The notes: generated by a model from the sequence alone, not told the origin. A stretch of DNA of 64,000 bases from Solirubrobacterales bacterium (GCA_036257465.1 DATAFO010000036.1:13189-77188), one strand, 5' to 3'; positions 10,243-21,716 are shown, counted from the first letter of the stretch. Program-made: numbers and translations.

Positions 10243-11886
10243 GTGCCCCGCGGGGAGCTCCAACCGCTCAGGCAGCGCCCGGCGTGGAGCGCCCTGGAGC
10301 GCCACCAAGCCGCGATCGCGGGCACGCACCTTCGCGAGCTGTTCGCCTCAGACCCCTCGCGGGGTGAGCGCCTGACCGCCGAGGCCCAGGGACTGTACCT
10401 CGACTACTCCAAGAACCGGATCACCGAGGAGACGATCGCGCTGCTCGTCCGCCTTGCGGAGGAGTCGGGGCTCGCCGAGCGTCGCGAGGCCATGTTTCGC
10501 GGCGAGCGGATCAACGCCACGGAGGATCGCCCGGCGCTGCACGTCGCCCTGCGGATGCCCCGGGAGCGCTCGCTGATCGTCGACGGCGTCGACGTGGTCG
10601 CACAGGTGCACGGGGTGCTGGACCGGATGAGCGCCTTCGCCACCCGCGTGAGGGAGGGCGAGTGGCGAGGACACACCTCGAAGCCGATCTGCAACGTCGT
10701 CAACATCGGGATCGGCGGGTCCGATCTCGGGCCGGTGATGGCCTACGAGGCGCTCCGCCACTACTCGCGCCCCGACCTGACGTTTCGCTTCGTCTCCAAC
10801 GTCGACGGAACCGACTTCGCCGAGGCCACCCGCGACCTCGACCCGGCCGAGACGCTGTTCGTGGTCTGCTCGAAGACCTTCACCACCCTCGAGACGATGA
10901 CCAACGCCCACACCGCCCGCGAGTGGGCGCTGGCGGGCCTCGGGGGCGACCGGGACGCGATCGCCCGCCACTTCGTCGCCCTCTCGACCAACGCGGAGGG
11001 CGTGGCCGAGTTCGGCATCGACACCGAGAACATGTTCGAGTTCTGGGACTGGGTCGGCGGGCGCTACTCGATGGACTCCGCGATCGGGCTATCAACGATG
11101 ATCGCCGTGGGCCCCGAGCGCTTCGCGGAGATGCTCGCCGGGTTCCACGCGATCGACGAGCACTTCCGCGAGGCCCCAACCGCGACCAACCTGCCGGCGC
11201 TGATGGGCCTGCTGTGCGTTTGGTACGGCGACTTCCTCCGCGCGCAAACGGTCGCCGTGCTGCCGTACGATCAGTACCTGAAGCGGTTTCCGGCCTACCT
11301 CCAGCAGCTGACGATGGAGTCGAACGGAAAGGGCCTCACGCTGGAGGGGACCCCCGTTGACTACGAGACCGGGGCGATCTTCTGGGGCGAGCCCGGAACC
11401 AACGGCCAGCACTCCTTCTACCAGCTGATCCACCAGGGCACGAAGCTGATCCCTTGCGACCTGATCGGGTTCGTCGAGACGCTAAATCCGCTCGGCGATC
11501 ACCACGATCTGCTGATCTCGAACGTCCTCGCGCAGGCCGAGGCGCTGGCGTTCGGCAAGACCGCCGACGAGGTGCGCGCCGAGGGGACGCCCGACGAGCT
11601 CGTCCCGCACAAGACCTTCGAGGGCAACCGGCCATCGAACGTGATCCTCGCTCAGCGGCTGACGCCCTCAGTGCTCGGCAGTCTCGTCGCCCTCTACGAG
11701 CACAGCGTCTTCACGCAGGGGACCGTCTGGGGTATCAACTCGTTCGACCAGTGGGGGGTCGAGCTGGGCAAGGTGCTCGCCAAACGGATCATCGGAGAGC
11801 TGCAGGCGGCCGACGAGCCCGAACTCCACCACGACACCTCCACCAACGCCCTGATCCGGCGCTACCGCGCCCGCCGCGGTGGCTGA
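10243..11886 (+). CDS. pgi: glucose-6-phosphate isomerase
   Basis: [40 protein letters not shown] and [15 protein letters not shown]. 547 aa. Confidence 0.95.
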   Translation: MPRGELQPLRQRPAWSALERHQAAIAGTHLRELFASDPSRGERLTAEAQGLYLDYSKNRITEETIALLVRLAEESGLAERREAMFRGERINATEDRPALHVALRMPRERSLIVDGVDVVAQVHGVLDRMSAFATRVREGEWRGHTSKPICNVVNIGIGGSDLGPVMAYEALRHYSRPDLTFRFVSNVDGTDFAEATRDLDPAETLFVVCSKTFTTLETMTNAHTAREWALAGLGGDRDAIARHFVALSTNAEGVAEFGIDTENMFEFWDWVGGRYSMDSAIGLSTMIAVGPERFAEMLAGFHAIDEHFREAPTATNLPALMGLLCVWYGDFLRAQTVAVLPYDQYLKRFPAYLQQLTMESNGKGLTLEGTPVDYETGAIFWGEPGTNGQHSFYQLIHQGTKLIPCDLIGFVETLNPLGDHHDLLISNVLAQAEALAFGKTADEVRAEGTPDELVPHKTFEGNRPSNVILAQRLTPSVLGSLVALYEHSVFTQGTVWGINSFDQWGVELGKVLAKRIIGELQAADEPELHHDTSTNALIRRYRARRGG

Positions 11887-12574
11887 TCCCGGCGGAGTCG
11901 CCGCGGTCCTGTTCGACATCGACGGCACCCTGATTTCCACCGGAGGGGCCAGCGACCGCGCGTGGCGCCGCGCCTTTGCTGAGCTGTACGGGGTCGAGGT
12001 CAACGTGGGCGACTACACGGGCAAGGGCGTCACCGACCCCGTGGTGGGCGTAACGAGCTTTCGCGGAGCGATCGGTCGCGAGCCGACGGGGGAGGAGATG
12101 GCGCGGCTGATGGCGCTTCGGCTGCGCTACCTGCCCGAGGAGGTCGCGAGCTCCACCGGGTATCGAGTGCTCCCGGGCGCCGAGTCAACGCTGGCCGCGG
12201 TGAGCGACGAGGGCGTGCTGTGCGGCCTGATCACCGGCAACGTGGAGGCGGCGGCGCACATCAAGCTCGCCCGCGCGAACCTCAACCGCTTCTTCAGCTT
12301 CGGCGGCTACGGGTCGGACGCTCCCGAGCGCGTGGAAGTCGCCCGCTGCGCGCTCGAGCGGGCCGAGCGGGTCTGCGGCGGTCACCTCGACCGCGATCGG
12401 TGTGTCGCGGTGGGCGACACGCCGGTCGACGTGGAAGCCGCCCACGGTGCCGGGATTTCGATCATCAGCGTTGCGACCGGCGAGTACAGCGCGGACGAGT
12501 TGCGTGTCACGGGCGCGGACGCCGTCGTGGCCACGCTCGAGGAGCCGCTGCCGCTGGCCGGGCTTTCGGCATGA
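11879..12574 (+). CDS. HAD family hydrolase
   Basis: [11 protein letters not shown] (motif I), ITGN and AVGDTPVDV (motif IV). Overlaps the pgi stop by 8 nt. Confidence 0.75.
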   Translation: MADPGGVAAVLFDIDGTLISTGGASDRAWRRAFAELYGVEVNVGDYTGKGVTDPVVGVTSFRGAIGREPTGEEMARLMALRLRYLPEEVASSTGYRVLPGAESTLAAVSDEGVLCGLITGNVEAAAHIKLARANLNRFFSFGGYGSDAPERVEVARCALERAERVCGGHLDRDRCVAVGDTPVDVEAAHGAGISIISVATGEYSADELRVTGADAVVATLEEPLPLAGLSA

Positions 12575-12602
12575 TCCACACCCGGGTGAGCAAGCGATTT
12601 CC

Positions 12603-13820
12603 ATGACGCGGCGAGTGGTCATTGTGGGTGGCGGTGTGGCCGGCCTGGAGGCGTTGATGGCGCTGCACGATCTGGCCGGGGATCGCGCCGAGATCACGCT
12701 CGTGGCGCCCGATCCCGACTTCGTCTACAAGCCGCTGATGGTGGAGGAGCCGTTCGACCTCGGCCCTGCGGAGCACCACGCGCTGGCGCCCTTGGCGGAG
12801 GAGCTCGGTGCTCGCTTGGTCCTGACGGCCGCGCGAAGCGTGCAACCGGACGAGCACACGGTGGCGCTCGCCGACGGCTCGAGGCTGGACTACGACTTTC
12901 TGGTGGTCTGTGTGGGCGGGCGCTTTCGTCCCTCCCTCGAGGGCGTGAGAACTTTTCCGTCGGGCGGCGAGCCGCTGCGAATCAACGAGATCGTGAACGG
13001 CCCGGACGGGCCCCGGCGGATCGCGTTCGTGGTGCCATCCGGAGTCACCTGGGCACTGCCGATCTACGAAGTTGCGCTGATGACGCAGCGGCGCGCCCTC
13101 GAGCTGGGTCGCGATGAGGTGGGGCTGGTCATCGTGACGCCCGAGGAGGCACCGCTGGCCCCGTTCGGACCCACGGCGAGCGCCGCGGTTGGGGAGCTAC
13201 TCGCTGGGCGTGGCATCGAGATCGAGCTCGGCGCTCACGTCCAGCACTGGGATGGGAGCGAGCTCGTCGTGGCCCCGGGCGACCGGCGCATCCAGGCTGA
13301 TGAGGTGATCGCGTTGGCGACGATGGACGGGCCCGAAATCGAAGGCCTGCCTATGGATTCGGCGGGCTTCATCCCGATCGACGAACACGCGCGGGTGGCC
13401 GGCGTGGAGGACGTCTACGCGGCCGGCGATGGCACGAACTTCCCGATCAAGCAGGGCGGGCTCGGCACTCAGCAGGCAGACGCCGCGGCCGCGCAAATCG
13501 CAGGTCGGCTCGGCGCCGCGATCACCGTGGAGCCGTTTCACCCGGTGCTCCGCGGCAAGCTTCTCACCGGGGAGGAGTCGCTTCACCTTCGTGCCGACGT
13601 GGGGGGTGGCGGGGGCATTGAGGAAGCCTCGCTCGACTGCCTGTGGTGGCCACCGCACAAGATCAGCGGCCGCTACCTCGCGCCGTTTCTCTACCACGGG
13701 GAGGTTCACGCAGAGCCCGAGCCGCCGCGAAGGTCTCTCGACGTCGAGGTCGCGCTTCCGGCCGAGTGGCATTCCGAGCCGCTGGCGCTTGACCCGTACA
13801 GAGCCCCGAAGATCGACTGA
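12603..13820 (+). CDS. FAD-dependent oxidoreductase, SQR/NDH-2 superfamily, lacking the SQR redox cysteines (paralogue A)
   Basis: VVIVGGGVAGLEA dinucleotide motif, DVYAAGDGTNFPIKQGGLGTQQA, and WWPPHKISGRYLAPFL. At the SQR Cys160-equivalent position it has PSGVTWALPIYE, with no Cys. Start is ATG 12603 inside the longer ORF. Confidence 0.8.
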   Translation: MTRRVVIVGGGVAGLEALMALHDLAGDRAEITLVAPDPDFVYKPLMVEEPFDLGPAEHHALAPLAEELGARLVLTAARSVQPDEHTVALADGSRLDYDFLVVCVGGRFRPSLEGVRTFPSGGEPLRINEIVNGPDGPRRIAFVVPSGVTWALPIYEVALMTQRRALELGRDEVGLVIVTPEEAPLAPFGPTASAAVGELLAGRGIEIELGAHVQHWDGSELVVAPGDRRIQADEVIALATMDGPEIEGLPMDSAGFIPIDEHARVAGVEDVYAAGDGTNFPIKQGGLGTQQADAAAAQIAGRLGAAITVEPFHPVLRGKLLTGEESLHLRADVGGGGGIEEASLDCLWWPPHKISGRYLAPFLYHGEVHAEPEPPRRSLDVEVALPAEWHSEPLALDPYRAPKID

Positions 13821-13837
13821 CGCGCGGGTGCCTGGAG

Positions 13838-15169
13838 CTAGCCTGCCGCTGCTCTCCATCGGCGTCGGCGCTCGGCATATGCCGGCGGGATGACCAGGTT
13901 CATCTCTTCGACCAGATCGAGCCACTCCAGCGCGCCGGCGACGTTTCCAAGCCGCGCATCTGAGTCCGCTACCGCGAGCGCGAATTCGACCGCGTCGCGG
14001 TGCTCCGCCTCCGATTCCACAGCCTCCTTGATGTCCTCCGGCGCCTCCTCCCGCTCGATGGGTGTGCGCTCGCGTCGTTTCGCGGCCAGGTACGGCCCGA
14101 GATAGCGCCCGGCGGCCTTGGCGGGCGCCCACCAGGTCGCCCCGACGTCCACATCGGCCGTCTCGAGCAAGAGCGGAACCGCGCCCGTGACGAGCGCGGC
14201 GCGGAGGTGCGGACGGAACCCCGCTGCGGCAACGTGGGCGCCGGCCGCGGCGGCAATCGCCTTCGCCGCCACCTCCGCCTGCTGGGCGGCCAGGCCTCCC
14301 TGCTTAATGGGAAACCAGGTCACGTCACCGGCCGCCCAGACACGGTCGAGCCCGGCAACGTGCATCCGGGTGTCGGTCGGGACGAAGCCGCGCCAGCGCT
14401 GGGGAAGCCCGGTGATCGTTGGAACCTCCGCTGCCGGCAGGGCGACGGCGTGGTCGGTCCGGATCGACCCTCCATCGGCGAGCCGAACCCTTCCGCTTTC
14501 GAACGAGGTCACGACGGCGGAGGTCTCGACGCCGACCCGCGTATCTCTCAGCAGTGCCCGCAGCGCCCGCGCCGGACCCGCGCCCATCATCTCCAACGGC
14601 TCGGCCTCGTGAGTGACCACCGCGATCTTGGCACTCGCGGGCGACCGCGCCTTCAGGTGAGACGCCGTCAGCAATGCAAGCTCGTACGCGGCGAGCGACC
14701 ATTTCACCTCTGGTGGCACCAGGAATGTCAGCCGCTTACCGGGATCGCGTCCAAGCTGTTCGAGGAGCGCGGCGAAGAACCCTCGTTCGCTGGGATCGCC
14801 AAAGGTGAGCGCTCCCGGCACCGCCCGTACGGGCCGGGTGCCTGTAGCCACCAGCAGCGCGTCGAACCGGATCCGGTCCCCCTCAGCGGTGGTCACCGTC
14901 CTGCCGGCGGCGTCCACGGAGGCGAGCGCGCCCTTGCGGAGCGAGGCGCGGTGTTCAGCGGTGACATCGGCGAGTTCGACGCGCTGAGCCTGTCCGATCC
15001 CGAAGGGTTCCGCCACGAACAGCGGTCGATGGACGAACTCCGGTTCGGGCGCGAGCAGCTGAATTCGTACGGTCTCGGGCGCCCGTGCCCGCAGTGTGAG
15101 CAACGCTTCCAATGCGGCGACCCCGCCACCAGCGATGACCACGTTGAAGGGTTCTTCGCGGTCGTCCAT
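13838..15169 (-). CDS. FAD-dependent oxidoreductase, SQR/NDH-2 superfamily, cysteine-free, with a C-terminal helical extension (paralogue B)
   Basis: VVIAGGGVAALEA, RVWAAGDVTWFPIKQGGLAAQQA, and WWAPAKAAGRYLGPYL. I found no Cys in the 443-aa translation. The extra tail is EAEHRDAVEFALAVADSDARLGNVAGALEWLDLVEE. Confidence 0.8.
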   Translation of the reverse strand: MDDREEPFNVVIAGGGVAALEALLTLRARAPETVRIQLLAPEPEFVHRPLFVAEPFGIGQAQRVELADVTAEHRASLRKGALASVDAAGRTVTTAEGDRIRFDALLVATGTRPVRAVPGALTFGDPSERGFFAALLEQLGRDPGKRLTFLVPPEVKWSLAAYELALLTASHLKARSPASAKIAVVTHEAEPLEMMGAGPARALRALLRDTRVGVETSAVVTSFESGRVRLADGGSIRTDHAVALPAAEVPTITGLPQRWRGFVPTDTRMHVAGLDRVWAAGDVTWFPIKQGGLAAQQAEVAAKAIAAAAGAHVAAAGFRPHLRAALVTGAVPLLLETADVDVGATWWAPAKAAGRYLGPYLAAKRRERTPIEREEAPEDIKEAVESEAEHRDAVEFALAVADSDARLGNVAGALEWLDLVEEMNLVIPPAYAERRRRWRAAAG

Positions 15170-15175
15170 CGCTGC

Positions 15176-16171
15176 TCAGACCACGGCCACGACGATCACA
15201 AGGTAAACGGCGATCGAGAGCAGGTCCTGAATGACGGTTGCGAGCGGCCCAGAACCAAAGGCTGGATCCAGGCCGAGGCGCTGTAAGGCGGCCGGTAAGG
15301 CCATCGCCACGAGGGTCGCGATCGAACAGCTCGCGAACATCGCCAGGGCCACCGCCAGCGCGACGTCTGCATCGCCCCAGCCGATCAGCGCGAAGACCAG
15401 AAACGCGGCTCCGATCACGATGCCCACCACCAGGCCTGTGACAACCTCACGGCGCAGCACGGAACGCACCGTGATCCCGGCGGCGAGCGCTCGGATCAAC
15501 ACGGTCTCGGTCTGAGTGCCGACGGCATCGGCCATGTAGACCACCGCGGGAATGAAGAACGCAAGCAGCACGTTTGCCTTGAGCTGCTCTTCGAAGCCGC
15601 CGACGATCGCGGTTGCCCCCATCGCGCCGAGCAGGCCGACGAGCAGCCAGGGCAAGCGATGCCACAGCCGCTGCGTGACCTGCTCCTCCGCAGCGCCGCG
15701 AGCGCGAGCGCTACCGGCCAGGTAGCCGCCAAGGCGCGCGAGGTCCTCATCGTGCTCGTTGAGCAACACCTGCAGCATCCGGTACGGGGGGATCAATCCC
15801 ACGAATAGGCCGTTGGCATCCACCACCGCCAGGCTGCACTCGTGACGCTTCACGATCTGACGGGCAGCGCGCTCCTGATCCGTCTCGGGACCCACGATGG
15901 GGGGGTCGGCGTCCATCACGTCCTCGACGCCGGCCTTGGGGTCAGCGGCCAGCAGGTGCTCGATCGAGATCAAGCCTACGAGCCTCCCTGCGTCGAGTAC
16001 GACGACATCCTCGGCGCATCGGAACTTGCGCCCTGCCAGCCCGTGCCTGACGTCCCCCACCGACTGGTCGCGCCGGGCAAAGGGCACGCTTCGGGTCGCA
16101 TACTCCGCCGCCACCCCTAGCAAGGCGTCGGGCTCGGACCGTTCCGCTGGTATCTCCAAGGAACCGGTCAT
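15176..16171 (-). CDS. mgtE: MgtE-type divalent cation transporter (CBS pair plus MgtE membrane domain, no N-domain)
   Basis: CBS-like [19 protein letters not shown] and [20 protein letters not shown], then the MgtE TM signature [19 protein letters not shown] and [12 protein letters not shown]. It lies 6 nt upstream of paralogue B on the same strand. Confidence 0.8.
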   Translation of the reverse strand: MTGSLEIPAERSEPDALLGVAAEYATRSVPFARRDQSVGDVRHGLAGRKFRCAEDVVVLDAGRLVGLISIEHLLAADPKAGVEDVMDADPPIVGPETDQERAARQIVKRHECSLAVVDANGLFVGLIPPYRMLQVLLNEHDEDLARLGGYLAGSARARGAAEEQVTQRLWHRLPWLLVGLLGAMGATAIVGGFEEQLKANVLLAFFIPAVVYMADAVGTQTETVLIRALAAGITVRSVLRREVVTGLVVGIVIGAAFLVFALIGWGDADVALAVALAMFASCSIATLVAMALPAALQRLGLDPAFGSGPLATVIQDLLSIAVYLVIVVAVV

Positions 16172-16240
16172 GGCGTTCCGCCGGAGTTTCCCGCATCAAC
16201 TCCGATTTGGCTCAGGCCACAGTCGCCTAGGGTTCGCCAC

Positions 16241-16984
16241 GTGCTAGGCCTACCGACCGGCGTGCGAGCGTGCCTGTTTGACCTCGACGGGGTGCTGACC
16301 AAGACTGCGGTGGTACACGCGGCAGCCTGGAAGCAGATGTTCGACGAGTACCTTCGCCAGCGGGCGGAGCGCACGGGCGAGAAGTTCGCGCCCTTCGACG
16401 CAGGGGCCGATTACGGCAAGTACGTCGACGGCAAGCCACGGTATGACGGGGTGCGCTCGTTCCTGGCCTCGAGGGGCATCGAGTTGCCCAAAGGAAACGA
16501 CGACGACCCGCCCGGTGCCGAGACGGTCCGAGGGCTCGGAAACCGCAAGAACGAGCTGGTGCTGCAACTGATCCGCGAACGGGGGGTGGAGCCCTATGAG
16601 GGATCTGTCCGCTATCTCGAGGCGGCGCGCGACGCGGGGCTTCGCCGGGCGGTGGTCTCCTCCAGCACCAACTGCCACGATGTCCTGCTCGCTGCCGGAA
16701 TAGAGGAGTTCTTCGAGGTGAGGATCGATGGGGTCGTGGCCGAGCGCGAAGGGCTGAAGGGCAAGCCCGCCCCCGACACGTTTCTCGCCGGCGCGCGCGA
16801 GCTGGGGGTCACGCCCGAGGAGGCCGCCGTGTTCGAGGACGCCCTCGCCGGAGTGGAGGCGGGACGGGCCGGCGGCTTTGCCTGCGTCGTCGGCGTCGAC
16901 CGCGTCGCACACGGGGAGGCGCTGCGCGAACACGGTGCGACCGTGGTCGTTAAGGATCTTTCCGAGTTGTTGAAAGAGCGATGA
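16241..16984 (+). CDS. pgmB: beta-phosphoglucomutase-family HAD hydrolase
   Basis: [42 protein letters not shown] and [11 protein letters not shown]. Coupled to the GH65 gene by an ATGA overlap, the classical pgmB-phosphorylase pair. Confidence 0.85.
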   Translation: MLGLPTGVRACLFDLDGVLTKTAVVHAAAWKQMFDEYLRQRAERTGEKFAPFDAGADYGKYVDGKPRYDGVRSFLASRGIELPKGNDDDPPGAETVRGLGNRKNELVLQLIRERGVEPYEGSVRYLEAARDAGLRRAVVSSSTNCHDVLLAAGIEEFFEVRIDGVVAEREGLKGKPAPDTFLAGARELGVTPEEAAVFEDALAGVEAGRAGGFACVVGVDRVAHGEALREHGATVVVKDLSELLKER

Positions 16985-19341
16985 TCAGCCACCCCTGCTT
17001 CAGCTGCGAGCCGTGGGAGGTCAGGGAAACCCACCTCGACCTCTCGGTCCTCGCCCACTCGGAGTCGATCCTGGCGCTCTCGAACGGCCACATCGGCATG
17101 CGTGGAAACCTCGAGGAAGGCGAGCCCCACGGCCTTCCAGGCACCTACCTGAACAGCCTTTATGAGACCCGGCCGCTGCCCTATCCGGAGGGCGGCTATG
17201 GGTACCCCGAGGCGGGACAGGCGGTTGTCAACGTCACCAACGGCAAGATCATTCGACTGCTGGTCGACGACGAGCCGTTCGACGTCCGCTATGGAGAGCT
17301 GCGAAAGCACGAGCGGGTCCTCGACTTCCGCGCCGGCGTCCTGCGGCGCGACGCCGAATGGGTGTCGCCCGTGGGACAGGCGGTCCGGGTTTCGTCCACG
17401 CGACTCGTGTCGTTTGCCCAGCGGGGGGTGGCCGCGATCATTTACGAGGTCGAGCCGCTCGAGGCGGCCGCCCGTTTCGTGATCCAGTCCGAGCTGGTTG
17501 CCAACGAGCCGCTTCCCGAGGCGGCAAAGGGCGACCCGCGGGTGGGAACCGGCGCCAGCGAAGCGCTGCACTCCGAGGACTTTGCCCACAACGAGCTGCG
17601 GGCGGTGCTCGCACATCGCACTGCCGCGAGCCAGCTGTTGATGGCCGCGGGGATGGACCACGTGATCGAGGACGCCCCGGACGCCACGACGACGGCGGCC
17701 GAGGCGACGCCCCATCTCGCCCGAGTGACGGTTGCCACCGAGCTCGAGCCGGGACAGACCCTTCGCCTGGTTAAGCTGCTTGCCTACGGCTGGTCGGGCC
17801 GGCGCTCGCTCCCATCCGTACGCGATCAGGTCGAGGCGGCGCTCGCCAGCGCGCGGCGCAGTGGATGGGAGGGCCTCGCCGAGGGGCAGCGCCAGTATCT
17901 GGACGAGTTCTGGGATCGCGCCGATGTCGACCTCGAGGGTGACTCCGACATCCAGCAAGCGGTTCGCTTCGCGCTCTTTCACACCCTGCAGGCCGGGGCC
18001 CGCGCCGAGCAGCGCGCGATCCCGGCCAAGGGCCTGACCGGGTCGGGCTATGACGGGCACACCTTCTGGGACACCGAGGCGTACGTGCTGCCCGTCCTCA
18101 CCTACACAGCGCCGCACGCGGCGCGCGACGCGCTTCGCTGGCGCCACTCCACCCTCGACCTCGCGCGCGCGCGGGCGGAGGTGCTCGGGCTCGATGGCGC
18201 CACGTTCCCGTGGCGCACCATCCGGGGCCGGGAGTGCTCGGGCTACTGGCCCGCCGGCACCGCGGCGTTTCACATCAACGCCGCGATCGCCGACTCCGTG
18301 ATCCGCTACACGCAGGCGACGGACGACGAGGACTTCGAGCGCGAATTCGGCGTCGAGTTGCTCGTGGAGACCGCGCGGATGTGGCGCTCGCTCGGCCACC
18401 ACGATGTGCACGGGAACTTCCGCATCGACGGGGTCACCGGGCCGGACGAGTACAGCGCGATCGCCGACAACAACGTCTACACGAACCTGATGGCGCAGCG
18501 GAACCTCCGCGGGGCCGCCGATGCGCTCGAGCGCCAACCCGAGCGAGCGCGCGAGCTGGGCGTGGACGCGGAGGAGGCGGCGAGCTGGCGCGACGCGGCG
18601 GAGGCGATGCTCGTCCCCTACGACGAGACGCTCGAGGTGCACCCGCAGGCCGAGGAGTTCACCGAGCACGCGGTCTGGGATTTCGAGGGCACGTCACCTG
18701 AGCAGTACCCCCTGATGCTGCACTTCCCCTACTTCGACCTGTACCGCAAGCAGGTCTGCAAGCAGGCAGATCTGGTGATGGCGCTGTTCACTCGGGGCGA
18801 CGCGTTCTCGGCCGAGGAGAAGGCGCGCGACTTCTCCTACTACGAGCCGCTGACAGTGCGCGACTCCTCGCTTTCGGCGTGCATCCAGGCAGTGGTCGCA
18901 GCCGAGGTCGGACACCTGGAGCTTGCCTACGACTACTTCGGCGAGGCGGCGCTCCTCGACCTCGGTGACCTTCACCACAACACCCGCGACGGGGTTCACC
19001 TTGCGGCCCTGGCGGGCGCCTGGATCGCCGCGGTGGCGGGCTTCGGCGGAATGCGCGACCACGGCGGCGAGTTGAGCTTCGCTCCACGGCTCCCCGCGGA
19101 GCTCGCCCGGCTCGCCTTCCGTGTCTGCTTCCGGGGGCGGCGGATCAAGGTCGAGTTCGATCACCGTCGGGCGCGGTACATGCTGCGGGAAGGAGCCGCT
19201 CTTGAGATCACGCACCATGGTGCGGCGGTGACGATTCCGGCCGACGCGCCGGTGACGCGCGAAATTCCAGCCGTCCCGGCGAAGGAGGCCCCGAAGCAGC
19301 CGCCGGGGCGCGCACCGGCCCGGCGCCGCGCCGCGAGCTGA
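16981..19341 (+). CDS. glycoside hydrolase family 65 disaccharide phosphorylase (trehalose/maltose/kojibiose type)
   Basis: [27 protein letters not shown] (catalytic loop), and [19 protein letters not shown]. 786 aa. Confidence 0.9.
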   Translation: MISHPCFSCEPWEVRETHLDLSVLAHSESILALSNGHIGMRGNLEEGEPHGLPGTYLNSLYETRPLPYPEGGYGYPEAGQAVVNVTNGKIIRLLVDDEPFDVRYGELRKHERVLDFRAGVLRRDAEWVSPVGQAVRVSSTRLVSFAQRGVAAIIYEVEPLEAAARFVIQSELVANEPLPEAAKGDPRVGTGASEALHSEDFAHNELRAVLAHRTAASQLLMAAGMDHVIEDAPDATTTAAEATPHLARVTVATELEPGQTLRLVKLLAYGWSGRRSLPSVRDQVEAALASARRSGWEGLAEGQRQYLDEFWDRADVDLEGDSDIQQAVRFALFHTLQAGARAEQRAIPAKGLTGSGYDGHTFWDTEAYVLPVLTYTAPHAARDALRWRHSTLDLARARAEVLGLDGATFPWRTIRGRECSGYWPAGTAAFHINAAIADSVIRYTQATDDEDFEREFGVELLVETARMWRSLGHHDVHGNFRIDGVTGPDEYSAIADNNVYTNLMAQRNLRGAADALERQPERARELGVDAEEAASWRDAAEAMLVPYDETLEVHPQAEEFTEHAVWDFEGTSPEQYPLMLHFPYFDLYRKQVCKQADLVMALFTRGDAFSAEEKARDFSYYEPLTVRDSSLSACIQAVVAAEVGHLELAYDYFGEAALLDLGDLHHNTRDGVHLAALAGAWIAAVAGFGGMRDHGGELSFAPRLPAELARLAFRVCFRGRRIKVEFDHRRARYMLREGAALEITHHGAAVTIPADAPVTREIPAVPAKEAPKQPPGRAPARRRAAS

Positions 19342-19384
19342 GCGCGGGAAGGCGCCAAATGGACTCCCAGGCGCGACTAGTAGC

Positions 19385-20158
19385 GTGGCGGTGGTGAGCG
19401 CCAACCGCGGGCTCTTCGTCGCTCCATTCGACGAGCTAGTCGATCCGAACACCCTTGCCGAGCTTGCGGCGAGCGCCGAGGCCCATGGCTGGGACGGGCT
19501 CTTCGTGTGGGATCACGTGCGCTACCGGCCGCCGGTGCGGGCCGTCGCCGATCCGTGGGTTGCCCTCGCCGCCGTGGCTTGCGCCACCGAGCGGCTTCGC
19601 TTCGGCCCATTGGTCACCCCGCTCTCGCGCCGGCGCGTCCACAAGTTGGCGCGCGAGACGGTCACACTCGATCTCCTTGGCAGTGGGCGCCTCACGCTCG
19701 GCGTCGGGCTCGGCTCGGATCGCAACGACGAGTTGGAGCCCTTTGGTGAGGTCGTCGATCCTCGCGAACGCGCCCGCCTGCTCGACACGGGGCTCGAGCA
19801 GCTGAGCGCCTACTGGGGCGGCGAGTTCGAGCCACGGCCGGTTCAGTCTCCGCGGATCCCGGTGTGGGTGGCCGCCCGCTGGCCGAACCGGCGGCCGCTG
19901 CGGCGCGCCGCCCGCTGGGATGGGCTTTTTCCGATCGAGCTCCCCGACCCCGACGCGCTTGCGGAACTAAGCCGGGAGGTTCTTGAGCTTCGGGTCGCGG
20001 CGGGACAGGACGGGCCATTCGACCTGGTGGTCGACCTTCCGCCCGACTCCGAGCCCGGTCCGTGGGAGGCGGCCGGGGCGACCTGGATCCTCGCCGACTT
20101 CGGTTTCGAGCCCAAGCTCCGCGAGGTGCGCGACGTGATCGAGGCGGGCCCGTGGTGA
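19385..20158 (+). CDS. LLM-class (luciferase-like) flavin/F420-dependent oxidoreductase
   Basis: GWDGLFVWDH, LRFGPLVTPLSRRRVHKLARETVTLDLLGSGRLTLGVGLG and PIWVAARWP are typical of the short LLM F420-dependent group. Confidence 0.75.
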   Translation: MAVVSANRGLFVAPFDELVDPNTLAELAASAEAHGWDGLFVWDHVRYRPPVRAVADPWVALAAVACATERLRFGPLVTPLSRRRVHKLARETVTLDLLGSGRLTLGVGLGSDRNDELEPFGEVVDPRERARLLDTGLEQLSAYWGGEFEPRPVQSPRIPVWVAARWPNRRPLRRAARWDGLFPIELPDPDALAELSREVLELRVAAGQDGPFDLVVDLPPDSEPGPWEAAGATWILADFGFEPKLREVRDVIEAGPW

Positions 20159-20256
20159 AGGCCGGCGCCTCCGGCGGTGCCCGGTCGCCCTCGACAGCTC
20201 CGACCGAGAGGGGGTGCGCGTACCGGGCCCGCGGCCGGGAGCTGCCGCTGAGCTGC

Positions 20257-20478
20257 TTACTCGATCGGACGCTTCAGCAATACCACGGGCCACGCGACGA
20301 GGTCGCCCTGCTTCAGGGACACTCCGACGGCCTCCCAGCCGTCGGATCCGAGCTGGTTCAGGCGCTCAGGGCTCAGCCCATCCGAGTTCTTCTTCAGTCC
20401 GGCAGCGTCCTTGAGGGGAGCGACGAGGTATTCCCATCGCTTGAGGTCCGTGGCATGGGTGGCGTGGTCTTCGGACAT
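20257..20478 (-). CDS. DUF4177 domain protein
   Basis: The internal ATG (20476-20478) gives a 73-aa protein. WEYLVAPLKD...ERLNQLGSDGWEAVGVSL...VLLKRPIE fits the DUF4177 pattern. The upstream part of the ORF is non-protein-like. Confidence 0.6.
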   Translation of the reverse strand: MSEDHATHATDLKRWEYLVAPLKDAAGLKKNSDGLSPERLNQLGSDGWEAVGVSLKQGDLVAWPVVLLKRPIE

Positions 20479-20616
20479 CGGTACCTCAGTGCTCTCGTGG
20501 GGCCATGGACGGGAAGGAGCGTCGCCGCTCCAGCAGCCGGGGCCAATCGTGGTCGGTGCGGGACGTGCTCCGTGGAAAGCACGGACCCGGGCTGCGATGC
20601 GCCACACTGCTGAGGG

Positions 20617-21207
20617 GTGAACCTCGGCCAGGATCGCGACGTGCGACTGAGCTTCACACGCAAGCTGCCCCTGACCCAAGCGGCGCTCGAGTTCGCCGAG
20701 GCCCGCCACGCGCGACAGCGCCGTCTGGTCGACGATGCCGCGTTCCTGATGCATCCAGTCGAGGTCGCGTCTCTGCTCGAGCGCGGGGCAGACCCGGATC
20801 ACGTGGTCGCGGCCGCGGTCTGCACGACGTGCTGGAAGCCACCGACGCCGAGCGCTCCGACCTCGAGCAGCGATTCGGCCCTGCGGTCAGCGATCTCGTT
20901 GTGGCGGTCAGCGACGACCCGGCAATTCCCAATGAGGAGGCGCGCAAGGACGGGCTTCGCGGCCGCGTGCAGCGCGAGAGCGGATACGCCCTCGCGGTCT
21001 ACGCCGCCGACAAGATCTCGAAAGGTGCGCGAGCTCCGCGATCTGATGGCGAGCGAGGCTCAGCCCGCCGAGGCCGAGAGCAAGCTCGCGCGCCATCGTA
21101 GGTCGCTGGCAATGCTCGACCGGGAGCTTCCCGGCAGCCGGCTGGTAGAGCTGCTGCGGTTCGAGCTCGAGGCGCTCGACGTGTTGCCGCCTCACGGCGA
21201 GCGCTGA
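20617..21207 (+). pseudogene. HD-domain phosphohydrolase (RelA/SpoT-type (p)ppGpp-hydrolase-like) with two compensating frameshifts
   Basis: Homology runs across three frames. First frame: LPLTQAALEFAEARHARQRR..FLMHPVEVASLL..VVAAAV. Second frame: LHDVLEATDAERSDLEQRFGPAVSDLVVAVSDD...YAADKISK. Back in the first frame: VRELRDL...LELLRFELEAL. The shifts are at 20820/20821 (one base missing before CTG CAC GAC) and in the aaa run at 21021-21023 (one extra base). Confidence 0.65.
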
Positions 21208-21234
21208 CCTCGCGCCCGGTCTCAGGTCGCCAGG

Positions 21235-21702
21235 CTATGCCGCCGCCCCGGCCTCACTCGGCTTCGAATCGCTCAGAAGCCGCGCGTCCGGTGGGATCAC
21301 CAGCACCGGATGGTGGGCGAGATGGAGCAGGCGTTGAGCGACGCTGCCCAGAACGACACCGAGGACGGATGAGTGGCCCCGCGTGCCGACGACGATCAGG
21401 TCGGCGTCCACCCGGTCGGCAATGTCCGCGATCCCGGACCCGGGGCCACCGGCGAAGATGGTCGCCTTCTCGACCCGGGTCTCGATCCCCTCCGACGAGA
21501 CCTCGGAAGCCTGGCGGTCGATCTCCGCCTGGATCTCGGGCTCATCCGGGTGGATCGGGCCGCCGCCCTTGCCGGCGATGTCCTGCTCGACGTGAGCGAT
21601 CACCAGCCTTGCGTCGTCCCGCCGGGCCAGCTCGACCGCGAAGTGCAACGCGCGCTTGGCGCCGTCCGATCCGTCCAGGCCGACGACGATCGTCTTGAAC
21701 AT
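21235..21702 (-). CDS. universal stress protein (UspA family)
   Basis: MFKTIVVGLDGSDGAKRAL and DADLIVVGTRGHSSVLGVVLGSVAQRLLHLAHHPVLVI (the G-2x-G-9x-G(S/T) ATP motif). It lies 14 nt downstream of paralogue C. Confidence 0.9.
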   Translation of the reverse strand: MFKTIVVGLDGSDGAKRALHFAVELARRDDARLVIAHVEQDIAGKGGGPIHPDEPEIQAEIDRQASEVSSEGIETRVEKATIFAGGPGSGIADIADRVDADLIVVGTRGHSSVLGVVLGSVAQRLLHLAHHPVLVIPPDARLLSDSKPSEAGAAA

Positions 21703-21716
21703 CTGGGACCTCCTCG

